Position numbers and translations under genes: made by a program
The notes under the pieces: model-generated
Databases searched by the model: none
Seen by the model: the letters and a program-made list of their open reading frames with translations, nothing else
What the model was told of the DNA's origin: nothing
Assembly: GCA_003344405.1 (NCBI GenBank)
Contig: NOWV01000019.1
Coordinates: 620,001-684,000 of the forward strand
DNA: 64,000 nt
Origin: Trichoplax sp. H2
Lineage: Eukaryota
Direction of reading: 5' to 3'
Part shown: positions 12,850 through 25,499 of the stretch, in pieces
Layout of the letters: the number at the start of each line of letters is the position of its first letter
Numbering within the stretch: position 1 is the first letter of the stretch

Positions 12850-14270
12850 AATCTACAACTAACGTAATATAAGACTACCGTACACTAGCCACTGAAGATT
12901 GAAGAGGTGATCTCTAGACCGTTTTATTAAGCTATTCCTCTAGTTTTATGAAGAAAATTACTTATTAACGCAATCTAAGAATGCAGCAGCGACCAAAGTG
13001 TTCATAGGCACTGAAAATTGGAGAGCTGATTTCTATGCATTCTATCTTAAGCTATTTCTACAGGTTTTATATGAAATAAAGTCCATTGCACTATGAAGGT
13101 CAACCAAGCAGACATTGCAAATTGGAAGGTTGATTCCTATACCTTCCATTTGCAGCTATCTTTAAAGGTACTAAGTAAACCATCGACTAATGGAATAGGA
13201 GGATGTAGTAGGCATTACAGATTGGAGAGTTGCTTTTTATACCTTTCATCTCAAGCTATTGCCACAAGCTTATTTTGAAATAACAACTAAGGCAATATGG
13301 GAATACATCGGCCTATCAAGAGTTCATTTGTGCATAGACCGTGTACATTAAGCGATAGATAAATGATTCCTTTTCAATTTCTGCCCCATGAAATATCTGG
13401 GGAATAGACGAGCAATAGAGATAACCAATCTAAGTAACGACTACAGTATTGCTAATGTTTCATTTAGATATGACAATCAATGCTAGATGAGCCAATAATG
13501 ATCGCAGACATGAAGTGTCCATTTGTCAAGCGTCTATTCAAGCTATACTTTGTAGGCCAATAGAAGTTCATTTATGCTGACTGGGAGATATTGATTATCG
13601 ATAAATTGCAGCAGCTGTAGTCACATCACTTTATGACATCGATAATACTTCAAAATCATCTCCAAATAGGCCTCTAGTCAGTGTAATCGGGTAGAATATT
13701 GCTCGGTTGCTATCATGATCAGTAATACTGTAGTTCGTCTTGTAAGCTCTATCACCTCGAGAATGGGGACTTGGATTATGATCGTACACGTTACCAGGTC
13801 AACTGATACCTAGATCGTCATCAACAGACATGTCATCCACCGGATCAAAAATGTCAAGCCAATTTGGATATCATAGTACATTGCAAAAATCAAAATTGGA
13901 TGCTAATGTCATTGAGAATAGAGATAGACTCTCGTTTATAACTAGGCTAGGTTACCTGGTGCTGAAAATATTCAATCATTAGCACAAATTGACACCATTG
14001 TCATCCTACAATATTATCCACTGCGATTTGAATATTGCCATTTCCCTTACCTGTAGTAATGGAGATTCCAATTTCGATTTCAGCAAAGGCAGAATATCAC
14101 TCCTTGATTCTACGACACTCTTCAACGCTGGATCCAGTCGTTCCACACCGAATCGAACGGAGTTATATGGCAATATTCAGTCGTCGTCTCCAAGACACTG
14201 CAACTCTTCTTGCCTTTGGTTGATAATTTCCTCTCGTAGAATGTGCTGCTACGTAGAAGTTTTTACCTTT
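12850..14270 (-). pseudogene. Degenerate NACHT-like remnant with four ~105-bp internal repeats
   Basis: Minus-strand fragments LFGDDFEVID, LNRRLTNGHFMSAIIIGSS and GRCIPIL occur in NACHT order. Four related units follow: KLVAIA*DERYKKQLSNL, LKIAANGRYRNQPSNLQCL, KPVEIA*DRMHRNQLSNFQCL and KTRGIA**NGLEITSSIF. There are many stops. Confidence 0.35.
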
Positions 14271-14399
14271 TAAGCCAATGACTGGCAAAAGTCATACGCA
14301 ACGAATGACTCCATTAGGTCATGCAGTATGGACTTGAGGGAATGATTGAGCGAGTAGTACAGTATGTCTATTCCGATTATGAGAGGACATTACTCAAAT

Positions 14400-15760
14400 G
14401 GCTTCATGTTACCCTACAGTACTACGCACTGAAGAAGAGATACTCTCGTATGCTTTCTTACAGTACTGTGCTGGGTTGGACACAGTACCTTGCACTGTAG
14501 TCAGCCAACTATCCTAGGAGAAGATGTTCTAGCCAATCAGAACACTACACGTGAAATGTAAATGAGTTCACCAAGTCACCCACAGGCAAGTCAGTCACCT
14601 TCATCACCACGTATGGTATTACTGTCCTGTACACTGCATTACCTACCCGGTATGACCAATTGAACAATGGCCATGTCAGCAGAGGCTGCCTACATTAGCT
14701 TGCACTTGCATAGAGAATGGCGAAGGACTGAGCAAAGTGAGAGTACTAAGCGAGTGGCAAATCACCAATGTAATAAGCATATACTGTACAGTATATCATG
14801 ATATTGGTTGGTTAGAATCAACTGGTATTGATAGTTTGGAAGGGGCATGGTACCGATCATCAATAGGGCTGAAATGTCAGAGCCGGACATTTTTACAGGT
14901 CATTTCACTCTAGCGTTTAGGCTATTGTACTGTAAACATGAGTCTACAGTACAGTACTGTACTGTACAGTACTGTACTATACAGTATGAATACTGTAAGT
15001 GACTTACAGTACTGTACTTCTTTATAACAAGCACTGTACAGTACAGTACACTGGAGTTGTATGAGACGCCGTTTTCCGACTCCAAATCTGAACCGAAAAT
15101 TGAAAAATCCAAAATTGGATTCGGATGACTCACAGTTGACAGTCTAAAAAGTTCTTACAGTACTGACAGTGCTGTGATCCTTCATGATGATTACAAGACT
15201 ATAGCTGCAGCTGTTATACAGTACAAATACAAACAAATCTGATCGCAATATTTCCCCCCAAAATCGGATTCAGTTTATGGTCTAAATGGACAACATTTTC
15301 ACTGCTGTCATCATTAATATGTAATTAATGTTGGTCACAGCCTCACAGGAGCTGCAAGTGTTATGCTGTCCTGCGCAGTACTGGACAGTGGAGTGTACAT
15401 TGTACACTTGGTTATGATACTGTACTGTACCACTTCACAGATGAGGCTGAAAAGGTCTGTCCGTCCAAGAGTGATCAGTTCAGGTCTTCTTTAGATGCAA
15501 CTGTGATACTGTCCTGCGCAGTCCTGGACAGCGTAGTGTAGTGTGCAATACAGGACACCTGGTCATCGTACTGTACTGTACTGTACCACTTTACAGAAAT
15601 GAGGCCGAAAAGGTCTGTCCGTCCAAGAGTGATCTGTTCAGGTCTTCTTTGACAAGTTTACAGTACGGTACAGACCGTACAGTACTCTACGGGTACTACA
15701 GTACTTTATACTACAGTATACTGTACTGAACTGTACTGTACAGTACTGTACAACACGAGT
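14400..15760. repeat. (TACAG)n/(CTGTA)n palindromic low-complexity island with ~140-160-bp direct repeat
   Basis: CAGTACTG/GTACTGTAC motifs are dense. A perfect 22-bp palindrome TACAGTACAGTACTGTACTGTA lies at 14945-14966. A direct repeat spans ~15360-15492 and ~15502-15650. Confidence 0.85.
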
Positions 15761-15907
15761 ACGCGCACTCTGACCGCGTGGCCAATGGAGATAGCGATCA
15801 AGTAGAACTGAGCATGTTCCGCATAGCTAGCGTTTCAAACAGTACCCTCTCTACTGGCAACACAAACGCGAGGCTAGTCATAAAGACTGCAAATCCCTGG
15901 ATTGGAA

Positions 15908-18776
15908 ATGGCGGACAATAAAGACCAATCACCTGGTAAGTTATTGATCGCTGTTAGGCTCTAAATACGACAAATTATGGCATATTATCCTGATTTTGTT
16001 CTTGAAATATCAATAGTATTGATCGTGGAGATGCTCCATTTCCATTTACAGTTCATATTCTGTACAGAAGTACGTCAGTAAGGACAACACTTCATCAGCG
16101 ATACTTTGCTCGCTTGTTCATCATAACTGAATGATTGACTTGACATTCATTTCGATCTTGTATCCAAATTGAACACGATTGAAGTTATAGCATGTAGCTT
16201 TCAATCAATTTAGTCATAACAAGACGTAGTATCGCCAGTATAAGGAGCATTGGATGTCCAAAAAATAAATTATAGCATATCATCTAGCTTGGTGTTTCTT
16301 GCGCTTGAGACGGATGTTGATTGTATGACAAGATTGCTAGGGGTACAGTCCATGACGATGATGATACTTGATTAAAAATAATAATTTTCATATAGTGGTG
16401 GACAAAGATAGTGACAAGCTTGAACAAGAAGCGACTCCATCGTTTGGACAAAGCAAAGATGACGATGGTAATAAACATGCATCCCGAGCGCCGAGGAGGA
16501 GTTCTTCTCGATCGATTAAACGTAAAAAGTTTGATGATGAATTGGTTGAAAGTAGCCTAAAAAAGACTGCTAAGAAAATCGCCTCAGCCAATGAAATAGC
16601 TGCAATACCTCAAGTTGTGATCAAAGATAAAAAGGTACTGATCGTCTCTATTAATAATAATATTCACGATCCTATTGCACCATGCAGGTCCCATAGTAGC
16701 GATACGATAATAAACGAAATTAGCGAATGATGAAAATATACATCATAATTAACTTGATATCTTTTATAGGTTAGCAAACCTGCTGGCAAAAAGCAACGAA
16801 AAGGAAGGGTAATCATGCTTGCGATAACAAATAAGGCTCAATCATCATCTCCATATTGATACTACTGACAACAAATCATTAATCAATGTTTATAGCAATC
16901 CAAAGCAATGAAAAACTTAGGCAGATGGAAACCAGCCGATGATTTGGCTCTGATTAGTGCTGTACAGCAGGTTAACCTTAAAAAATGTCCAGTCTTCTAG
17001 AAAGTGCCTACAAGTCGTTTAAGTCCATCCTACTGTTGCATAGAAATAAATAGTTTTAACTTTGATCCTCCTATTTTATCTAGACCAATGATTTAGCAGC
17101 GGTACATTTAGCTGTCAAATTTTCTTGTCGATTTACATTAAGAGACATCGAGGAGCGATGGTATTCGCTATTATATGATCCAGTCATTTCAAAGTACGCC
17201 TAATGTTGAACACAATCGTCTATTTGTAATCTTACCTTGACAAATGGTCATTAATGGACATATGTACCATATCCAGTTTTTCTTACAGTCCAAATTTTTT
17301 GAACAGGTTGGCTATTTCCGCTATTAAACCTTTACATCCAGATACTATTGCTGCTGCTCAAAATAATGCCTTATGGAGCAAAGAAGAACAACAACTACTG
17401 GGTGGCATAACATCGGTATATTAACTAGCTTTTCACGCGTTGTGTCTTGGTCGCATAAAGGATGCTTATGTAGCCACTCGTACTAACACCATGTTCGTAT
17501 TATGTAGGTTAATTCACCATCATTAGATGTCTTTAAGCAAATGTTAATGGACAATGCAGATACATTTCATACTAGCCGAACACCCAAAACTTTATATAAT
17601 CATTGGTTGTTGATGAGGCAGTATCGCCTTTTGCCTGATCAGTTAGGTGAATAAGCTCTTATTTTCTCCTATGAAATAGTCAAAGTTAGAACGAGACTTA
17701 TAAGTACTTAATGAGAAGGAGGGACAAGCAACTGATACTGTAATATGTTTCTTTCATAGTTGAACTCTCTGGTAAACGCGAAACAATATCATTTTCTGAT
17801 GTGGAAAGGGAACTTGATGATGAGGAGCTGACGTAAGTAGAAGGTCCATTTTTACTTGGCCGCTAAACTAATTCAATGTGCATGATATTAATTTATCTCA
17901 TTGTTACTCAACAGTGAAAATCGTGATGAAATTTTAGATAACGGTTTGTTTTGGATTATTTCTAATGTCTCTTGATAGTCCTGCTTCATGATAGGACATT
18001 TTAATTAAACATGTACTATTTTTACTAATGTATAGAAATAGCCATAGCCCATCGAAAAAGCAAATTACAAATTAAAAAATTAGAAACGGAATTGCCAAAA
18101 TGGCAAGAAATACTAGACAAGATCTTTGACGATGGTAAACGACTACTTCTTTAATGCGTATTACATTTAATTGCTAAGTGTCTTTAGTAATAGTCTTAAC
18201 GTAATGCCTCCTAGATCCGCCAACATTCGATTTCGATAGCGATACACTAGCTGTTTTACGAGGACGTTTGGTTCGCTATTTTATTCGAAAGAAAGAGGTA
18301 ATTTCTCTTAGCATATTTACGCAATGAAATAATAACTCAACTTTCTAACATGTGCTATATCAATAAATAGGTGACATTTGGACGTGCTGCTACCGATGGC
18401 GATATTGACATAGATTTATCCATTGAAGGACCTGCTTGGAAAGTATCTAGGCTACACGGCTACATAAAATTAAAGCCAGATGGCACTTTCCATGTCAAAA
18501 ATGAAGGCAGAAGGCCGGTCTATATTGATGGCAAGCCTGTAACAACTGGTTCACGTTCAACGCTTCCAAACAATTGTACATTCGAGGTAAATATTGTTCA
18601 AACCAAACAATATTGCTGTATAAAAAATTTATTTATCGATTCGCCGGAAATCATAGGTACCGTGATTAACTCGATAATTAATGTATCATTACTGTTATTA
18701 GGTATGCGGCTTGAAATTTATTTTCTTAATCAGTAAAACGACTGTAGCGAAGGCATGTAATGACCCTGGGCAGTAG
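15908..18776 (+). CDS. MCRS1: Microspherule protein 1 (MCRS1/MSP58), FHA-domain subunit of INO80/NSL complexes, multi-exon
   Basis: The spliced translation contains RRSSSRSIKRKKFDDELVESSL, LGRWKPADDLALISAVQQTNDL and VKFSCRFTLRDIEERWYSLLYDP. It also contains DTLAVLRGRLVRY and the FHA domain VTFGR...IDIDLSIEGPAWKVSR...KNEGRRPVYIDGKPV, ending DPGQ*. Confidence 0.96.
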
Positions 18777-21606
18777 TCGTTACTACACAATAGCAGCTTC
18801 TTGTGGAGGCATTTGTGTCGCAAAGTCAGTGGTGTATTTGCGGTGAATTACAAGCAGTTATTAGTCCCTTGTCAGAAAGTTAAAAAGTCCCTTCATAAAA
18901 TCTAATCGATTCAATCTGGTCCGAGTGTTCTATTTGGAAGAAACTTTTAGTTAATATTAGCTTTCTTTTCAATGATTCGTTCGACGATTGTTATGTATAG
19001 TGGATAGTTCCGTAGTGGAATTGCATTCACGCCGAAACACTTTAATCGAAGCTCTTTTCCTGTTCCAATGATGAGGAATAAGTGGTTCCCTGATTGAGAA
19101 TGTGAGATATTATTTATTTGTTCGACAAATAGAGTATTTATGCATTTAAGTTTAGCTGATTCCAAGTTATAAATATTCAAATGACGAAATTGTAAATATT
19201 ATGAAATCTTTGCCAATGTATATTTGAATTGTATTAGCCGTATAACTTTATACCTGAATTCCTTCTTACTTGACTTACGTATTGTCATTAACTCAAAGGG
19301 TTCAAAAAGAAAAGTTTGTATAAAGATGATCGTCTTTCAATGTTCCGTCTCAATGCTTATCACTGTTACGGTACTTTCTGTATTTTACTGGAGAAAGATA
19401 GTCACTGTTGTATTATTCCAAATTTTCTTAAATTCTATAATGCTCATTACTGCTTTTGTACGGTATACATTTTAGCTGTAATGTGCGATAGATGCAATCT
19501 AAAATAAGCACAATCAAGCTCCAATAATTATAATTAATCTGTATATACTTATGATAATAAAACTGAAGCTCATTTTCGAATGCTAAACCATTAAATCGGC
19601 CTAACTTGAAGAGATAATTAGGCCTCTTGTCCTCGAAATATTTAAAGGATTATTCTCTAGTTATATGTTGGCGTTCTCCAATTAAACAGCTATTGATACA
19701 AATGAAGTCATGTCATTGAAGAATAAATAAATCGTTTTCCTCATAAAAAGAACGAGTACAGTATCAGGGCTAAAACTGTGTAGATACTATAGCGAATTTA
19801 GACTCTCCTAGTACAGCCGTTTTAATCATTAGGTTGCTTTATTCGCATAAATAAGTTTGATGATATTAATCAGAAGTCTCAATAAATACATTGAAGTATT
19901 TCTAGTTCGATGAGGGACGAATATAGTACGAAACCGTAGAGAATGATTCAGATTAAATCGATCTTTCTTATTCACTCTGACAAAAATCCCATCCACAAGT
20001 ATAGCTTAAAGCTAAATAATATTATTAACCGATTTTATACCATGTAACGATAAATTTACGTTTACTGACAGTATTATTGAAACTACATCTAGGCTATATC
20101 TAGATAAGCTAAAATTAAATTTGTTCATCTTTCATTTAAAGAGGCCTGTATACGGTACTTGTTACTAATAATAGATTAGAAGTTATATATAGTCGTAGAT
20201 ATACAAATAAATATTTGATAGAGTCGCATTGTAGAGATAAGAATACAATTTAACGTGCAAGAAAGTGCATGTTAGTTATTTATTAAAATTAACTAAAAAT
20301 AGTAGCAAAAATGAAATTATTTCGCATTCAATAGTTACAATGAAATATTGGTAGCAACCTAAGCAGCAAGCCTATATGATGATCCGATCGTAAATAGATA
20401 ATTAAAATAGATTTAGCAGTCTTACTCTAAAATCATCATCAAGAACACTTCAGTTCAAGTTTCATGAGAAGTTGTGCAAAATTATGCACTATTAGTATGC
20501 TGTATCAGATTGACTTACTACCTTATACGATATTGTTTAAGCTAGGATATGTTGTTCATTTTCGCTTTAAAATTACTTTCTAAGTCAAATATTGATCACC
20601 TTATCCTATTTGTAATACAAAAATTAAGAGTATGATCTGATTAATTACAATGCTAAGAGATATGTTTCTTCAGATCAAATCAATTCAAGTAGTTTAATTC
20701 TTTACTTTAAACGTGTAATAAGGCAGTCTACATCGATTATAGTCTCTTCATTTTGTGCAAGCAATAGATTGAAGATATGTTTTATATCGTTGCGACACAA
20801 TAGTAATTATACAATTAAAACTAGTATAAATTGTACAATAAATTTTAGTTAATTTATTGATGAATCAAAATTTATTTTATAACCTAAGACAAATGTACGC
20901 TAAGTCTAATTTATTTCTGATATAGTAGATAAACATTTTATTTTAAATTTTAATATTGATAAAGGATCATATAATTGATCACTTCTTCATTAAATTTTTA
21001 ATGCATTTTTACTATTAATTACCTTTTTGCTTATTTAAGATCGCGTAAACAATCTACCGAAAATAAAATGATCTCTTTTGATTTGCATCAATTGGTTAAT
21101 TAGATTACCATTCTTGACATCCGAACAAATTTTTCGTCACAGTTGTCGTAGCAACTTTATTCTGCTAACAAACTCTAAATTGTAACAAATTACATAACTA
21201 AATTTGAAAATTAAATCACTGTTCAATGCTAATGAGAGACAAAGTTTTTCCTGTCATATGTGGCATCTGGTACGGATCAGCAAAATTTTTTACATTGTAA
21301 ACAAGTAAAGCCTATTGTCAATGAGATGTTATAGTAATATCAATGCCGAGGCTTATTTTAATAAAGGCCCAAGGTCTTTTCCAACTCCGTTTTATTTTAA
21401 TCTCTAGCATAGATATCAGAATAATCATCGTTCTGATAATTAGTTAAAATAAAATAATCATGAGAGAAGACTGTCAATTTATATATTTTTACCTGTTTTT
21501 TTTGTATTTATTTAAATCACATACCATCAATATCGAAGCAATTATTATTTTGATAAATTAACAACGTAATCAGTTTATAGATTGGCTATCGTATTCAACT
21601 TTTATT

Positions 21607-21915
21607 AAATATCGAAATATTCCTTGACATAAGCAATAAAGCGAACCTGCAATCATTCATCCAAGCTACTGACCGATTTACTGCTACTAGATGGCATATT
21701 TTTAGATCAATGATTTTCTATTTTAAACTATCTTTTTATATCTAGCGTATAGGTAATTCTGTAGTAATGTTTACAGGTTAGACATAATATTCACTATTTA
21801 TTTAAATAAATATCGAAGTTGTCCCCAAAAAAGCGGCAAAATGAATCTGCAGACATTCATTCAAGCTATTGACAGATTTACTAGATGGCATATTTCCGGA
21901 TCCTTGATTTTCAAT
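21607..21915. repeat. Diverged tandem duplication, ~200-bp period
   Basis: AAATATCGAA...CTGCA..CATTCAT.CAAGCTA.TGAC.GATTTAC..TAGATGGCATATTT recurs at ~21607-21720 and ~21808-21912. Confidence 0.75.
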
Positions 21916-24900
21916 ATTTTCACATTTAGCTCGATGAATCAAACATTCTACTTCGTAAGTAAGCAAGTTTGTGAAGTGTCATGATATTTTTAAGCTGGGT
22001 CACGCGAAGAAAAATTTATTGTCTTACAAAGTTGAATAATAGTCAATTTCATACCATTTGAAGACATTTCAATTTGGAGTACTCTAATCTTGAGCTATAC
22101 TCATTTAATCTACATATCAGCGTAATGATAATAAAGTCATAACATCTAGTTTGTTAATTAATTCATTTATGCGACATAAATATGCTCTGTGCATAGTTAA
22201 GTACTTAATAAGCTGTTTTAATATTTTAGCCCTTATAGTTGTTAGATTGATGTTGATAATCTAACGCCTCATTAATTAATATACTCTAGGAGGTATTCTT
22301 GAGCGATTACTGGTAAGACTGCTAAATAATTTATTCATTTGTTAATCAAGGATAATCTCCGTATCAGGAAATCATTCATGATATAGTTTAGTGATGAAGT
22401 AGTTGAATAGTATTAAATTTAACTGTAGTTATGGTTCTAGCCAACTAAAGTAAAGTTACACCCGTTAGTCAGAAAGTTATCCATAGGATAAAGGTAAAGT
22501 AACGCCAACACAAGTAATGCAAAAACAAGCATTAGAAGGATACTTCTATTAATAGCCAGTTAAAAGTGGATTTGATAGGTCAATGAAGGAAAAAGTACAA
22601 TCTTTTCCCATTATTTTCTTGCATCACAATCTCAGTTGTAATAACTACAAATTTCAAAGAATTTGCAAATATAATAGAATAATCAAAATGCAGAATATTT
22701 TCTTGAACCCTAGAGGTTCCATACTTAGTAGCTTTTGCTACACTCCTTAATATAAGGATAACGTTGTTAAAAAATGATTGCATCTTTACTAAGGAATGTC
22801 TTCAGTATGCGTAGGGTAGCAAATTACTCGCATTACACTGATTTATAATATAGAATTACGAATGCAAAGTGTTATTGGAGAAAGATATGTGAACGTAATA
22901 GTTAGGTAGGAATTATTATCGGTACGATTATAGTTTTTGCTGTGGAAATAATAATCTGGGACTCTCGAAGTCTATCGGTTGTATATCTGGTTGCTACAAT
23001 AATTTTGTCACATTTACAAAATTGTATCATAAATTTTTATCACAGGTGGAGAATGTTATTATTTAGCAAACTCTAGTACCTATGAGTCAGAAAACAATGT
23101 AAAGGAGAACAGTTCTATCTAAAGCATGTAAGAAAATTATTCATATGGCAAATTTTTGTTTCAGAAACAACATAGCATTGCTTAAAAGCCAGAACTTGTG
23201 GCATTTAAAATCTCAGAAATTTACTTGAGCTAATTTATAGATTAATACGAAGATTTATGTAATATTTTTGTGAAGCAGCTGGTTTACTGTTGAGAGACCT
23301 GCAAATGAATCATGACTACTAAGTAATATTAATCCTAATTTAAGTATAAAAGAGTAGCTGGTTAAAGATGCGCGCCAAAAAGAGTATTTGTAAGTAGTTT
23401 GGAATGATTGTAATTGGTAATAGACAGCTCTTTGCTGCAAAAATTGATAAAGTAGAAATATTCAAACATATAAAGGCTACCAACTCGATTTATCTTTCAT
23501 AATTAAAATAATTTCAGCTGTATGTATGGTATTTTTTAATAACAGGACAGTACAGGCACGAAATATCATTATTCAGCAAAATATTACTTATTTCGAATAA
23601 GCTATCGTGACAATTTAAAGACGAATAATTAATTTACGTCAGAAAATTGAACAATGTAGTTGTTTCTGCTGCAGAAATAAGAATGAACGGCTTAGATGCT
23701 TGAAACGAGAACAAGTATGATCTTAGCAATTTTCTAGAACTAACCTACAATGCAGCTTTCAGGAAATAGAACAATTCTTACAAAAGGATATGTAACGATA
23801 CTGCCATTGCGAAAGTATTTTCAACATTACATAAAATGCTAGAGAGTTCTCAGATACGAAAGAGCAATCTCTCTTAAGAAAGTTTAAACTAATATCGGTT
23901 AGAAATTACTTCTTGTGATGGAAAGGGAAAATTGAAAGTCTTTACGTGCTCAGATTTAGTATATCATTTTGGATTTCCACAATTAGCTCCATATTATGTA
24001 ATATTTACTAGAAAAGACTTTGAAGCCCATAATAGGTAGAGAACATTATTGTTCAGCAACGTTTTCGGATATTAAATGAGGTAACAATTTACTGTATGAA
24101 AAAATTATTTTATCTCAGGAAATCTGAGATACACTGATTAGGCAATAGTTTGGTAGGAAATTAGACAAAGCTGCTTGAAAGTCTAATACAAAGATAACTA
24201 GAAAGAGATGTTAGGAAAACGCTATAAATAACTTTTAAAAGTACTTACAATTAATATACAGCAGTTGCGTGTATACAGACAAATAGAAAATTATTGGAAA
24301 GTATGCAAATAGATTGTAATTACTAAGGATAGTCACCGATTTTAAAAACGATAAAATAACAATGTATGAGAACAATGTATGACAGAACAATTCAGCTGTA
24401 ACTAATCATGAAATTCTCATCTTTCATCTGCACAATGAAATATATTATCAGCTGGATTTACAATATCATTTTATAAACACTATAGCAGGATGGAACATGA
24501 GTAATTAGGAAAGTCTTTAGTTTTTTGAATGAAGTAAGCTTCTAAAGCGAAAACGATTCTTTTCCAAGAGCTTTGAATAATTCTTAATCAAAGAATAGTT
24601 TTCCGAATAAAATATGACAATAGAACTGCTCAAGACTATTTTATTTCCACGATGACCATTGCTTATTTATACTTGCGTAACTTTGACCATTAATGGAGTT
24701 CTTATGATAATTTTTAATATTTTTAAGCAAAACTGTTTAGTAACCCATTCTTTTTTACCTGCTATCGACTAGCAATATCAATTATTTATTTTACCAAAAT
24801 ATACTAAAGTCCTAACATTCATACATCATTTATTTAATTTAACACAGATTAATTTTACCTATTAAAACCGTAAGAAATAATTAAGATTCTCATTAAAAGA

Positions 24901-25499
24901 TACAAATAATTATGATAACGTATTGAAAACTTTTCTTCTCATTTTCTGATGTGGCGGCATAATAATTAATACCTTTAGTTTCAATATCACGCAATATTAT
25001 CAATCCTTTACTAATTTACATTGTTCCTCTTAAAAGGGCCTCAATAGGCTAGTTCTGCGAAGAATAATATGTTATAACAAAATGTTCTGCAAGGCTTTGT
25101 TAGATAGTTGAAAGTAAAAGTAGCTAATATAATACTTATGACATAAAGAAGAGGTTAATAAACCAAATATAATAAATTATCAAGCTGAATCATCTCTAAA
25201 AGCATTGTATCATCGCATCAAGTTTACGCCCAATATAGTACAATTTAATTTGGTGAATGTTATGCATCATAGGGCAATAATGTACTCGAATGGCGCTTAT
25301 ATGACATTTTAATGTTCTTGTTCAGAATTTGAATGCTAGTTTTTCCTTGAATACGCATAAAATTTAGATTTAAAATAGCAATTATCATCTATACATGAAT
25401 CGTTACTTGATCGAGATTGAATTACTATCGTATGTATACCTGTTAATAAGCCTTCATTCAGTTCATATTATGCTTGCTGTTTTCTAACTCAATCCGGTC

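Noticed and set aside
15595-15625. Hammerhead-ribozyme-like string ATGAGGCCGAAAAGGTC in the direct repeat
   Set aside because: It lacks the CUGANGA core start and the GAAA after stem II. Only a short hairpin resembles stem II.
14900-15729. ORFs 14900-15133 and 15541-15729 (also 62685-62885) rich in Y/C/T/V
   Set aside because: They are translation by-products of TACAG/CTGTA pentamer tracts.
18947-25400. Short ORFs in the AT-rich stretch after MCRS1
   Set aside because: There are no recognisable motifs or consistent splice chain. They may hide decayed genes, but nothing could be supported.
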